Position numbers and translations under genes: made by a program. Shown one piece after another: positions 24,054 to 32,000 of a stretch of DNA of 32,000 bases. The notes beneath the pieces were generated by a model that saw nothing but the letters and a program-made list of their open reading frames with translations, was not told the DNA's origin and did not search any database. The DNA is from Edaphobacter aggregans (GTDB taxonomy: Bacteria; Acidobacteriota; Terriglobia; Terriglobales; Acidobacteriaceae), in assembly GCF_003945235.1 (NCBI RefSeq), contig NZ_RSDW01000001.1:3420001-3452000 (forward strand), read 5' to 3'. Position 1 is the first letter of the stretch. Each line of letters starts with the position of its first letter.

Positions 24054-26134
24054 CGCCCAAATATGTTATTCCTGTCTCGTCGGGCCGCGTTGTTTCAGCG
24101 CTTTCTCGCACTTCTTATGCTGTCTCTCGGAAGCTGACCAGGCTCCGAATCTGGCTAGGCACACGATCTCGCGAGTGCGATAGTGTATGGATCGCTTTTG
24201 GGATGGCTTGCTTCCTGGTGTTGGCAATCTCCGGTTGTGGGTCGGGGGTCAATGGAAATCTGTCGGTGAGCACCCCGAGTCTGAGTTTTGGAAATGTCAC
24301 GGTCAACTCCGCTACAACACAGGTGTTGATACTGACATCGACGGGCACCTCTCCGGTAACGGTGACCGCAGCGTCAGTTACGGGAGCGGGCTTCTCTATC
24401 CTAGGTGGTAGCTTCCCGTTGATGTTGAATCCGGCGCAGACGGTGACGCTGCAGATACAGTTTCAGCCAACCTCAGCGGGAGCAGCAGCGGGACAACTCA
24501 CGATCAACACCAACTCAACTGATGGCGGCGGCACAGCCGTCGTAGCACTCAGCGGTATGGGCATGGCGGCTACCTCTGCTCCGCCAGCGGCTCCGCAATT
24601 GGCGGTGAGCACCTCGAATCTAAGTTTTGGCAATGTGGCTGTAAACTCGTCAATGACGCAACCGGTGACGCTGACCTCGACGGGCACTTCGGCGGTAACG
24701 GTGAACTCAGCGTCAATTACAGGCGCGGGCTTCTCTATTGTTGGAGGAAGCTTCCCAGTAACGTTGAATCCGACGCAATCAGTGACGCTGCAGGTACAGT
24801 TCCTACCAAGCTCAGGAGGAGCGGCTGGAGGACAACTCACGATCAGCAGTAACTCTGCTATCAGTGGCGCGATCATCGTGGCGCTCAGCGGTATGGGTGC
24901 GGCGGCGACCGGCTCTGCTCCGCCAACTGATCCGCAGCTAACAGTGAGCGCCTCGAACTTAAGTTTCGGCAGTGTGACGGTGAGCACGTCGACAACGCAG
25001 TCGGTAACGCTGGCCTCGACGGGCACTTCGCCGGTAACAGTGAACTCGGCGTCGATTACAGGCGCGGGCTTCTCTATCGTTGGGGGAAGCTTCCCGTTGA
25101 CGTTGAATCCGACGCAGACAGTGACGCTGCAGGTACAGTTTCAGCCGGCATCAGCAGGAGCAGTTGCAGGACAACTCGCGATCAGCAGTAACTCCGTCAG
25201 TGGGGGCGCCATCGCGGTGGCCCTTACCGGTACAGGGGTCACGGTCGCGGATCCCCAATTGACGGTGAGTATCGCCGGCCTGAGTTTTGGAAACGTGACG
25301 GTGAACTCCTCGATGATGCAGTCGGTGACACTGAAGTCGACAGGCACTTCGCCTGTAACGGTGAACTCGGTATCGATTGGAGGTGCGGGTTTTACTATCC
25401 TTGCGGGGAGCTTCCCTGTAGCGTTGAATCCGGGTCAGTCAGTGACGCTGCAGGTGCAGTTCTTACCAGCCTCAGCTGGAGCGGCTGCGGGACAGCTCAC
25501 GATCAACAGCAACTCGACCAGCGGGAACGCGGCGATCGTGACTTTGAACGGTACGGGCGTGACTGCGAATCCGCAGTTGACGGTGAGTGTTGCCAGCCTG
25601 GAATTTGGTAGCGTGACGTTAAATACTTCGACAACGCAGTCGGTAACGTTGACATCGACAGGCACTTCTGCGGTGACGGTAAACTCCCTGTCGATCAGCG
25701 GAGGAGGCTTCTCTATCTTGGGCGGTAGTTTCCCGCTAACTCTAAATCCAAATCAGACTGCGACGCTGCAGATACAGTTTTTGCCGACCTCGGCGGGAGC
25801 AGTTGCGGGACAGCTCACGATCAACAGCAACTCGGTAGGCGGAAGCGTAGCAACTGTAGCTCTCAGTGGGACGGGAGCGGCGAGCGCGCATTCGGTCGAC
25901 CTTAGTTGGGACGCGCCAAGTAGTTCACCCGATCCAGTGGTGGGTTATAACATATATCGGTCGACAAGCAGTAGTGGACCTTTCCAATTGATTAACTCGT
26001 CTCCAGACGCACAAACCACTTATGTGGATAGCACGGTTATCAGTGGCAGTACCTACAGTTACTACGTAGAGAGTGTCGACGCGAGCGGCGTAGAAAGCAC
26101 TCAATCGAACGAGATTTCGGTGAAGATCCCCTAG
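24050..26134 (+). CDS. Lipoprotein with five tandem Ig-like (choice-of-anchor-D/ASH-type) repeats and a C-terminal FN3 domain
   Basis: ORF 24041..26134. Lipobox LVLAISGC. Five ~106-113-aa repeats (PQLTVS..LSFG.VTVN...TQSVTLTSTGTSPVTVNSASITGAGFSI.GGSFP.TLNP.Q.VTLQVQF.P.SAGA.AGQLTI.SNS) are followed by FN3 (DLSWDAPSSSPDPVVGYNIYRS ... YSYYVESVDASGVES). The start is ambiguous among GTG 24041, ATG 24044 and GTG 24050. Confidence 0.88.
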   Translation: MSPKYVIPVSSGRVVSALSRTSYAVSRKLTRLRIWLGTRSRECDSVWIAFGMACFLVLAISGCGSGVNGNLSVSTPSLSFGNVTVNSATTQVLILTSTGTSPVTVTAASVTGAGFSILGGSFPLMLNPAQTVTLQIQFQPTSAGAAAGQLTINTNSTDGGGTAVVALSGMGMAATSAPPAAPQLAVSTSNLSFGNVAVNSSMTQPVTLTSTGTSAVTVNSASITGAGFSIVGGSFPVTLNPTQSVTLQVQFLPSSGGAAGGQLTISSNSAISGAIIVALSGMGAAATGSAPPTDPQLTVSASNLSFGSVTVSTSTTQSVTLASTGTSPVTVNSASITGAGFSIVGGSFPLTLNPTQTVTLQVQFQPASAGAVAGQLAISSNSVSGGAIAVALTGTGVTVADPQLTVSIAGLSFGNVTVNSSMMQSVTLKSTGTSPVTVNSVSIGGAGFTILAGSFPVALNPGQSVTLQVQFLPASAGAAAGQLTINSNSTSGNAAIVTLNGTGVTANPQLTVSVASLEFGSVTLNTSTTQSVTLTSTGTSAVTVNSLSISGGGFSILGGSFPLTLNPNQTATLQIQFLPTSAGAVAGQLTINSNSVGGSVATVALSGTGAASAHSVDLSWDAPSSSPDPVVGYNIYRSTSSSGPFQLINSSPDAQTTYVDSTVISGSTYSYYVESVDASGVESTQSNEISVKIP
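24257..25888 (+). repeat. Five diverged tandem coding repeats (Ig-like domain units of 318-339 bp)
   Basis: Unit starts, read from the translation, are 24257, 24593, 24932, 25253 and 25571. The units are clearly related at protein level but diverged at DNA level, unlike the triplication at 8021-9676. Confidence 0.85.
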
Positions 26135-26442
26135 TGTCCCTGACGGGCTGAGTCAAAAACGTTGGCTTAGGCATGAGTTCTCCTTTAAGATGAGGCCGCC
26201 CCTCTTCGAGCGAAATTTCTGCCCTAGGACATGAGACTTCTCCATTTAGCGCCTTGGCGCATTTCTTTCTCGACATTTTGCCGCTGAACCAGCCGGAAAG
26301 TTGTGCAATTTATTGTTCTTGTATGCATGACCCTGCAACCCCAGGATTGCGTGCAGAAGATCGGGCTGTCACGCTCGCTTTAATTTCCCGGAAAATCAAC
26401 AGTAAATACTGGCATTGGGCTTTTTACCGGCTAGCTGGACTA

Positions 26443-26458
26443 TGGCCATCATCGTGCA
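26443..26458 (+). promoter_or_regulatory. Candidate sigma-54 (-24/-12) promoter upstream of the EPS operon
   Basis: TGGCCATCATCGTGCA has the GG and GC dinucleotides at the canonical 10-nt spacing (consensus TGGCAC-N5-TTGCW). It lies ~140 nt upstream of ATG 26598. This is a pattern match only. Confidence 0.35.
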
Positions 26459-26597
26459 AGCCAGCGTCTTTGCATATCCACAAAAGCGTTCGGAGCCTGA
26501 GCGCAGGATTAAAACAAGGGCTGTAGCCCACAGGGCGAAGCTATGTCTTTGTAACCGAGTATCAGAAATATTGCTGTCAATGGAAAGGCGAAGCTAA

Positions 26598-27221
26598 ATG
26601 CTGACCCCTCAGAGCATCGACATAGAACAAGACACCTCGGGCTGGTGGGCTCTCTACACCCGCCATCAGCACGAGAAGGCAGTGGCGGAGATGCTGTCAG
26701 CAAAGGGCTTTGAGGTATTTCTGCCGCTTTATGAATCAATACGGCGCTGGAAAGACAGAAGTAAGATGCTTGCGCTACCGCTGTTCCCCTGCTATGTCTT
26801 CGTTCGGGGAGGACTCAATCGTCGATTGCAGGTCGTGTCAACTCCCGGAATTCATATGATTCTGTCTCGTGGCGAACGCATCGCGATCATTCCGGAAGCC
26901 GAAATTCAAGCGATTCAAAGAGCGGTCGAAGGGCCCTTTCGCGTGGAACCACATCCTTTCTTGAAGTGTGGTGAACTGGTTCGTGTCATACGGGGCTCCC
27001 TTGAAGGCGTCGAAGGGGTCTTGGTCCGCAAGAAGAATCTGTATCGTCTGGTTCTATCCGTGGACATGATGGCGCAATCCGTGGCCGTAGAGATTGACGC
27101 CACTGACGTGGAGCCGGTGATGGCGCGAGGCGCAGCCGTGTTCGTGATCAACCAAGTTACGGGGCCCGTGAGATTTGGTGAATCGTCACTTTGTAGTGGA
27201 CGACAAATAACCAGTATTTGA
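26598..27221 (+). CDS. NusG-paralog transcription antiterminator (NGN + KOW; UpxY/RfaH-like operon-specific type)
   Basis: NGN pattern: WWALYTRHQHEKAVAEMLSAKGFEVFLPLY ... PLFPCYVFVRG. KOW-like pattern: GELVRVIRGSLEGVEGVLVRKKNLYRLVLSV. It is the first gene of a polysaccharide export cluster. Confidence 0.8.
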   Translation: MLTPQSIDIEQDTSGWWALYTRHQHEKAVAEMLSAKGFEVFLPLYESIRRWKDRSKMLALPLFPCYVFVRGGLNRRLQVVSTPGIHMILSRGERIAIIPEAEIQAIQRAVEGPFRVEPHPFLKCGELVRVIRGSLEGVEGVLVRKKNLYRLVLSVDMMAQSVAVEIDATDVEPVMARGAAVFVINQVTGPVRFGESSLCSGRQITSI

Positions 27222-27456
27222 GAAGAGTCGATCAGACTTGGATGAGATCGTCTCCAAAATGCTTCAACCAAGTCGGACAGCGTGAATCAGCATGTACCCT
27301 TATCACTTCAGTCTCGTATCGCAGACTCAGGTTCTGACTCAGATCTCTGATAAAGAGAGTCAGGTTGGAGGACAAGAGAGATTCGCCAGACGCCAAGGCA
27401 AACCTCTCCAGGGATCCTCGTCGGAAGTCATTTTAAAAAGCAATACAGATCACTCA

Positions 27457-28092
27457 ATGGGATTAGGATTCCTTTTGATTGTTCTTTCCGGTTCTTTATT
27501 AGCTCAAGTGCCAGCCGCAGGTCAGGCTAGTAACAAACTCCCGGTAGCCACCATTGCGGCTTCTCCAGTGCGACCTCTGGCACCATCGGACAGCAAACCA
27601 CACGATGATAGCTTCCTCATAGGTAATGACGACGTTCTGGCGATTAATGTCTGGAAAGAGCCTGACCTCACTCGGTCGATTCAAGTGCGATCGGACGGAA
27701 AGATTTCGTTACCTCTGGTAGGAGAAGTTCAAGCAACAGGACGGACTCCTGTGCAACTCGAACAGGATATAGCTACCAAACTCCGGATCTACATTACCAA
27801 ACCAGAAGTTACGGTAATGGTGGAAAAGATTAACAGCGATAAGTTTAATATCCTTGGACAGGTAGCAAAGCCAGGATCATACTCGCTTGCGCTCGCGCCA
27901 ACAGTTATGGACGCTATCGCAATTGCTGGTGGCCCCGGAGATTTCGCTAAGCAGAAAGCCATTTATATTCTTCGACAGAATCCCGATGGTGGTCAGTCGC
28001 GTATCGCCTTCAATTACAGGGACTTTATCAAAGGCAAAAACTTACATCAGAACATCAAACTCGAACCGCACGACACCGTCGTCGTGCCTTGA
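27457..28092 (+). CDS. Polysaccharide export protein (OPX/Wza family, short form: Poly_export + SLBB)
   Basis: IGNDDVLAINVWKEPDLTRSIQVRSDGKISLPLVGEVQATGRTPVQLEQDIATKL ... FNILGQVAKPGSYSL ... TVMDAIAIAGG matches the OPX PES/SLBB pattern. The start is placed at ATG 27457 (MGLGFLLIVLSGSLLAQ, signal-like). The ORF track starts at 27292. Confidence 0.82.
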   Translation: MGLGFLLIVLSGSLLAQVPAAGQASNKLPVATIAASPVRPLAPSDSKPHDDSFLIGNDDVLAINVWKEPDLTRSIQVRSDGKISLPLVGEVQATGRTPVQLEQDIATKLRIYITKPEVTVMVEKINSDKFNILGQVAKPGSYSLALAPTVMDAIAIAGGPGDFAKQKAIYILRQNPDGGQSRIAFNYRDFIKGKNLHQNIKLEPHDTVVVP

Positions 28093-28266
28093 AGGGCTGC
28101 TTGGAATTCCCCGTAATACTCTCAGCGTTGCCCTCGGTCGCCGGTCTGGCCTAGACCATAAAATCGGTTGTGGCGTTCTCGATCCACAAGGGTACTCCGT
28201 TCTTTTCATACCCAACCACCAGTTCATCTCTGCCATTTATCAGTACACGCACCGCTGGAGACAATC

Positions 28267-29874
28267 ATGGAAGAGATCTCCGAGGAACAAAATTCCGAAC
28301 GAACTGACATCGAACACTACCTGAACATAATCCGTCGCCGCCACATCCATTTTTTTGTACCACTATTTCTAGGGTGGCTCGTGGTTTGGGGGGCCAGTTG
28401 GGTTTTACCGGTGAGCTACAAATCGGGCACGCTCATCTTGGTAGAGCAGCCCACTATGCCTAAAAACTACGTCGTTCCGAATGTCAACGACGATTTACAG
28501 AATCGCCTGCAGAGCATTACGCAACAAATTCTTAGTCGGACGCGCCTTCTTCTGATCATTGACAAGTTGCACCTCTATGGTGACAGCCATCGTCAGCTTA
28601 CGTCAGATGAAAAAGTTGAGCGAATGCGCAAAGACATTGACATCGAACTCGTACATAATTCTCAGGGCGACCAGATCACGGCATTCAAGATCAACTATTC
28701 GGCGCGTGACCCTCGTGTTGCCCAACGTGTAACAAGCGAACTGACTAACCTCTTTATTAGCGAAAATCTAAAAGTGCGCCAACAACTATCTGAAGACACC
28801 ACTAAGTTTATCGGTAGCCAGTTGGAAAATGCACGTTCAAACCTAGCAGAACAGGAAGCTAAAATTAGAGAGTTTAAAGGGGAACATGTGGGAGAGTTGC
28901 CTTCCCAAGAAACAAGCAACCTACAAATTCTAAGCGGGCTCCAGGCGCAGCTACAGAACGCTCAGGATACTCTTAACACTGCGAAACAGCAGCGAGTTTA
29001 CCTCCAGACGTTGATCGAGCAATACCGGGCTCTTCATACGTCTTCCCGGACTGCCGACGGTGCCCCGACAGGTTTGTCAGCAATTGACCAAGAACTCGAT
29101 CGATTAAAGTCGAAGCTAGCAGACCTTAGCACTCGCTACACCGATCAATACCCGGAAGTCGAGAATCTAAAAGATGAAATATCCAAGACCGAAAAGGTGA
29201 GGAGCGCGCTCGTTGCTGAGTTGAAGAAGAAAAACAATAGCGGGGGGCAGGTCGACAGTACTGCTACACGCGACGGAGCGGATCCATCACAAAACTCGTC
29301 GCTGTTGCAGTTGCAAGGCCAACTGCAAGCCAATCAAGCCGAGATCACGAATCGTGAGCAAGCAATCGCCGGGTTACAAGCGAGAGTCAACGGCTACCAG
29401 GATCGGTTGAATTCTGCGCCTACACGTGAGCAGCAGCTAGCAGATCTGACACGTGGTTATGACCAAACTAAGGCTAATTACGACGACCTGCTAAAAAAGC
29501 AGAACGAATCAGAGATGGCAACCAGCATGGAATATATGCAGCAGGGAGAACGCTTCAGCATGATTGATCCTCCGAGCTTGCCACTGAAACCGGATTTCCC
29601 CAATCGTCTCAAATTCTGTGGAATCGGGCTGGGCGTCGGTCTCGCGTTGGGCCTCCTTGTGGTAGGTGGACTCGAAGCTATGGATCATCGCCTGCACAGC
29701 GAAAAGGAAATTAAAGCCCTACTTCCGATGGCGATCTTATCTGAGATCCCTGAGATCGTAAGCCCGTCGGATGAACGAAGCAGCAAAAGGAAGATGGTAC
29801 TGGGATGGGCGATGGGGGCACTAATCATAACCACCATCTTGGCAGGCTCTGCCATCAGTTACCTGCGCGGTTAG
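28267..29874 (+). CDS. Polysaccharide chain-length determinant / co-polymerase (PCP, GumC/Wzz-like, no kinase domain)
   Basis: N-terminal TM (FFVPLFLGWLVVWGASWVL), a Wzz-like motif (YKSGTLILVEQ), a long coiled-coil periplasmic region and a C-terminal TM (GIGLGVGLALGLLVVGGL). The start is at ATG 28267 with GGAGA 6 nt upstream. Confidence 0.85.
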   Translation: MEEISEEQNSERTDIEHYLNIIRRRHIHFFVPLFLGWLVVWGASWVLPVSYKSGTLILVEQPTMPKNYVVPNVNDDLQNRLQSITQQILSRTRLLLIIDKLHLYGDSHRQLTSDEKVERMRKDIDIELVHNSQGDQITAFKINYSARDPRVAQRVTSELTNLFISENLKVRQQLSEDTTKFIGSQLENARSNLAEQEAKIREFKGEHVGELPSQETSNLQILSGLQAQLQNAQDTLNTAKQQRVYLQTLIEQYRALHTSSRTADGAPTGLSAIDQELDRLKSKLADLSTRYTDQYPEVENLKDEISKTEKVRSALVAELKKKNNSGGQVDSTATRDGADPSQNSSLLQLQGQLQANQAEITNREQAIAGLQARVNGYQDRLNSAPTREQQLADLTRGYDQTKANYDDLLKKQNESEMATSMEYMQQGERFSMIDPPSLPLKPDFPNRLKFCGIGLGVGLALGLLVVGGLEAMDHRLHSEKEIKALLPMAILSEIPEIVSPSDERSSKRKMVLGWAMGALIITTILAGSAISYLRG

Positions 29875-30035
29875 GTTTATTTTCTAAATGTACAAAGCGT
29901 TCTTCCATCTCACGATCGAATCCTTTGACCTTACATCCAATCCCACCCATCGGAAACGTGCTCAATGACTTGGATGCCGCCCTGTGAAGACCTATTGCAG
30001 GCGATGGGTAGCGTTAGCCGTTGAAGCGAGAAAAC

Positions 30036-31037
30036 ATGAGTCGCATATTTGAGGCGTTACAAAGATCGGAAGCCGAACGCTCTGAGATTGATTTGACAGT
30101 GGTGTCAGAAGCAACTGAAGTGCTGCGGCGCGTCGAACGTGAATCAGCATTGAAATGGGATACGCCAGGTTCGTCTGAACAGATTGATGCAACGAAAAAC
30201 TCTGACCGTGAGATGTTGTTCGGCCAATCAGGGAAGTCGCCGGTAGGGACGACACCTGGAACTCATATAGGCGCCAAGCTTTGGCAGGTTGAAGAGCGGC
30301 TGGATCCGTTTGGCCAATTCCAATCCCTGGAGATTTCGCTTACTTCTCAAAGTCGACTGGTAAGTCTGACGGACAGCGGGAGTCCGGCGGCGGAAGCTCT
30401 CCGCCTTCTAGGGGTGCGGTTACGACATCTCCGGCGCGATCGGACGCTTAGGAAAGTGCTGATTACGAGCACAATTCCTCAAGAGGGCAAGAGCATGATT
30501 GCTGCTAACCTAGCTTGCACTCTCGCTCTAAGGACTCAACAAAGAATTTTAGTGTTGGAGGGAGATTTGCGGCGTCCGTCTTTATCGCGGATGTTCGGGC
30601 TCGGAAGGAATCCGGGCCTCTGTGAATGGCTGCGAGGCGAGCGCAGCTTGACGGAGAGTATCTACCATCTCGAAGGCCAGGATCTTTGGATATTGCCCGC
30701 AGGCAGTGCTCCCAGCAATGCACTGGAACTACTGCAATCGGGAAAATTATCTGAGCTGATGGATCAATTAACCGTGTTGTTTGATTGGATCATCATCGAT
30801 TCTCCTCCCGTACTGCCTTTGGCTGACACAAGCGTCTGGATGCGGTTGGCAGACGGAATTCTTCTAATTACGCGTCAAGGAACCACAGAAAGGCGACAAT
30901 TAAAGAAAGGACTCGAAGCGCTCGAGCCTAGAAAGTTGATCGGTGCGCTAGTGAATAGTTCAAAGAACGCGGCAACCAGTGACTACTACTACAGTCCTTC
31001 AACGGCTTCACGGTTGAACGACGCTTCGGCAGAATAA
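30036..31037 (+). CDS. Bacterial tyrosine (BY) autokinase, CpsD/ExoP-C type P-loop ATPase
   Basis: N-terminus MSRIFEALQRSE, Walker A IPQEGKSMIAANLA, Walker A' VLEGDLRRP, Walker B IIIDSPPVLPLADT, and a C-terminal Tyr cluster SDYYYS. ATG 30036 is preferred over the track's TTG 30021. Confidence 0.85.
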   Translation: MSRIFEALQRSEAERSEIDLTVVSEATEVLRRVERESALKWDTPGSSEQIDATKNSDREMLFGQSGKSPVGTTPGTHIGAKLWQVEERLDPFGQFQSLEISLTSQSRLVSLTDSGSPAAEALRLLGVRLRHLRRDRTLRKVLITSTIPQEGKSMIAANLACTLALRTQQRILVLEGDLRRPSLSRMFGLGRNPGLCEWLRGERSLTESIYHLEGQDLWILPAGSAPSNALELLQSGKLSELMDQLTVLFDWIIIDSPPVLPLADTSVWMRLADGILLITRQGTTERRQLKKGLEALEPRKLIGALVNSSKNAATSDYYYSPSTASRLNDASAE

Positions 31038-31210
31038 TTCTCTGATTCTCTTATATCCAAAGTCGCCCCATACAGACCCTATTTACACGAACAGTTCTAA
31101 TCGCTTGTTTTTCTCTTACCTCAAGAAAAAATAAGTTAAGAACAAGCTATGAACAATCGTTCCTAACAGACAACAAAAAAGTAAATTGGCCACAAAGAGA
31201 GGAGTTGGCT

Positions 31211-32000
31211 GTGACTCTGCTGCGTATGGATAAAGCTTCAAATCCGGCTGACCCTCTATTAGAGTGGTTATCCATTGGAACGCGCGAGGTTCTGAACGAA
31301 GGAACCTTTAAGAGAATGATTGCCGTCGAGCGCAAAAGGACGGAGCGTTCCAGGGAGCCGTTCCTTCTTATGTTGCTGGAGGCTGGCAATCCTCAGGGTT
31401 CGGAAAAGAATGGAAAAGTTCTCGACAGTATGCTGTCTGCCCTGCTGGTATCCATCAGGGAAACCGACGTAATCGGCTGGTACAAAGATGGTACTACCGT
31501 TGGTGTAATGTTTACGGGACTCGCGGGCAATGACAAGAACTCGATCCTGAGCGTGATCTTAAGCAAGGTGAGCACGACGCTAAAAGCCCAGTTGACATCA
31601 GACCATCTTAGTCAAGTAAGTATCTCCTTCCATTTCTTTCCCGATGACTGGGGCCATGACAACTCCGGACGCCCAAGCAATCCATCTTTGTATCCGGATC
31701 TGTTGAGCCCGGATAAGCGGAGATGTGTCCTGCTGCGCATCAAACAAGTAATGGATGTTGCCGGAAGTGCACTGATACTAATCCTTTGTACGCCTCTACT
31801 TTTGGTGATTGCAGTGGCAATCAAGGCGTCATCCAAAGGGCCTGTCCTTTTTCGGCAACAGCGAGTCGGACAGTACGGCCAAAGCTTTACATTCCTGAAA
31901 TTCAGATCGATGCACACAAACAATGACCATAGCGTTCACAAAGAGTATGTGACTAAATTAATTGCAGGTGAGGCAGAGCATAAACCGTTCAACGGGAATG
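31211..32000 (+). CDS. Priming polyprenyl-phosphate sugar-phosphate transferase (bacterial sugar transferase family) with N-terminal degenerate GGDEF-like domain; 3' end outside window
   Basis: It is not in the ORF track because it has no stop in the window. My hand translation from GTG 31211 (or ATG 31226), preceded by GAGAGGAG, is open to position 32000. The transferase-domain start motif is VMDVAGSALILILCTPLLLVIAVAIKASSKGPVLFRQQRVGQYGQSFTFLKFRSM. Confidence 0.85.
   Translation, partial: MTLLRMDKASNPADPLLEWLSIGTREVLNEGTFKRMIAVERKRTERSREPFLLMLLEAGNPQGSEKNGKVLDSMLSALLVSIRETDVIGWYKDGTTVGVMFTGLAGNDKNSILSVILSKVSTTLKAQLTSDHLSQVSISFHFFPDDWGHDNSGRPSNPSLYPDLLSPDKRRCVLLRIKQVMDVAGSALILILCTPLLLVIAVAIKASSKGPVLFRQQRVGQYGQSFTFLKFRSMHTNNDHSVHKEYVTKLIAGEAEHKPFNGN

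Noticed and set aside
24463-25026. A 187-aa antisense ORF, with shorter ones at 25141..25347 and 25435..25665, opposite the Ig-repeat gene.
   Set aside because: This is a typical antisense artefact of a GC-rich, repeat-encoding gene. The translations are mirror-image low-complexity sequences, while the sense frame has clear domain patterns, a lipobox and FN3.
25721-25728. GGCGGTAG, the core of the ops/JUMPStart element used by RfaH-type NusG paralogs, ~870 nt upstream of the NusG-paralog gene.
   Set aside because: It lies inside the coding sequence (it encodes LGGSF of one Ig repeat). The equivalent positions of the other repeats read differently. It is not in an operon leader, so this is most likely coincidence.

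Overview
This 32-kb chromosomal window looks acidobacterial. That is an inference from the gene families present: a VWFA-related acidobacterial-type protein, a ~1200-aa CarboxypepD_reg/TonB-dependent receptor and a CRTAC1/ASPIC-UnbV protein. The left third is on the minus strand. It holds a very large secreted VWFA-related protein, a two-gene Rieske/cytochrome b-c module, an orphan luciferase-like monooxygenase in a visibly AT-richer stretch, and a ~820-aa secreted protein with a near-perfect 3 x 552-bp in-frame tandem triplication. The middle, also minus strand, holds a TPR protein, a TonB-dependent receptor, a CRTAC1-family protein and a GH30 glycosidase, with a divergent xylulokinase-like kinase. 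The right third starts with a sigma-54 enhancer-binding response regulator and ~0.9 kb of AT-rich non-coding DNA. Next come a lipoprotein of five Ig-like repeats plus FN3 and the 5' end of an exopolysaccharide (EPS) locus. That locus encodes a NusG-paralog antiterminator, a short OPX exporter, a PCP chain-length protein, a BY-kinase, and a priming sugar transferase that runs off the window. Three things stand out. (i) The two Ig/FN3 surface proteins lie 14 kb apart on opposite strands. They share a C-terminal Ig+FN3 module and a ~190-nt upstream leader with an identical 18-nt ribosome-binding/start region and a possible SD-sequestering helix. (ii) The priming glycosyltransferase has an N-terminal degenerate GGDEF-like domain that keeps an RxxD I-site at canonical spacing, which suggests direct c-di-GMP control of EPS initiation. 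(iii) A candidate sigma-54 promoter sits in front of the EPS operon, near an orphan sigma-54 activator. I recognised no tRNA/rRNA, CRISPR array or mobile element. All family assignments come from reading motifs, not from database searches.
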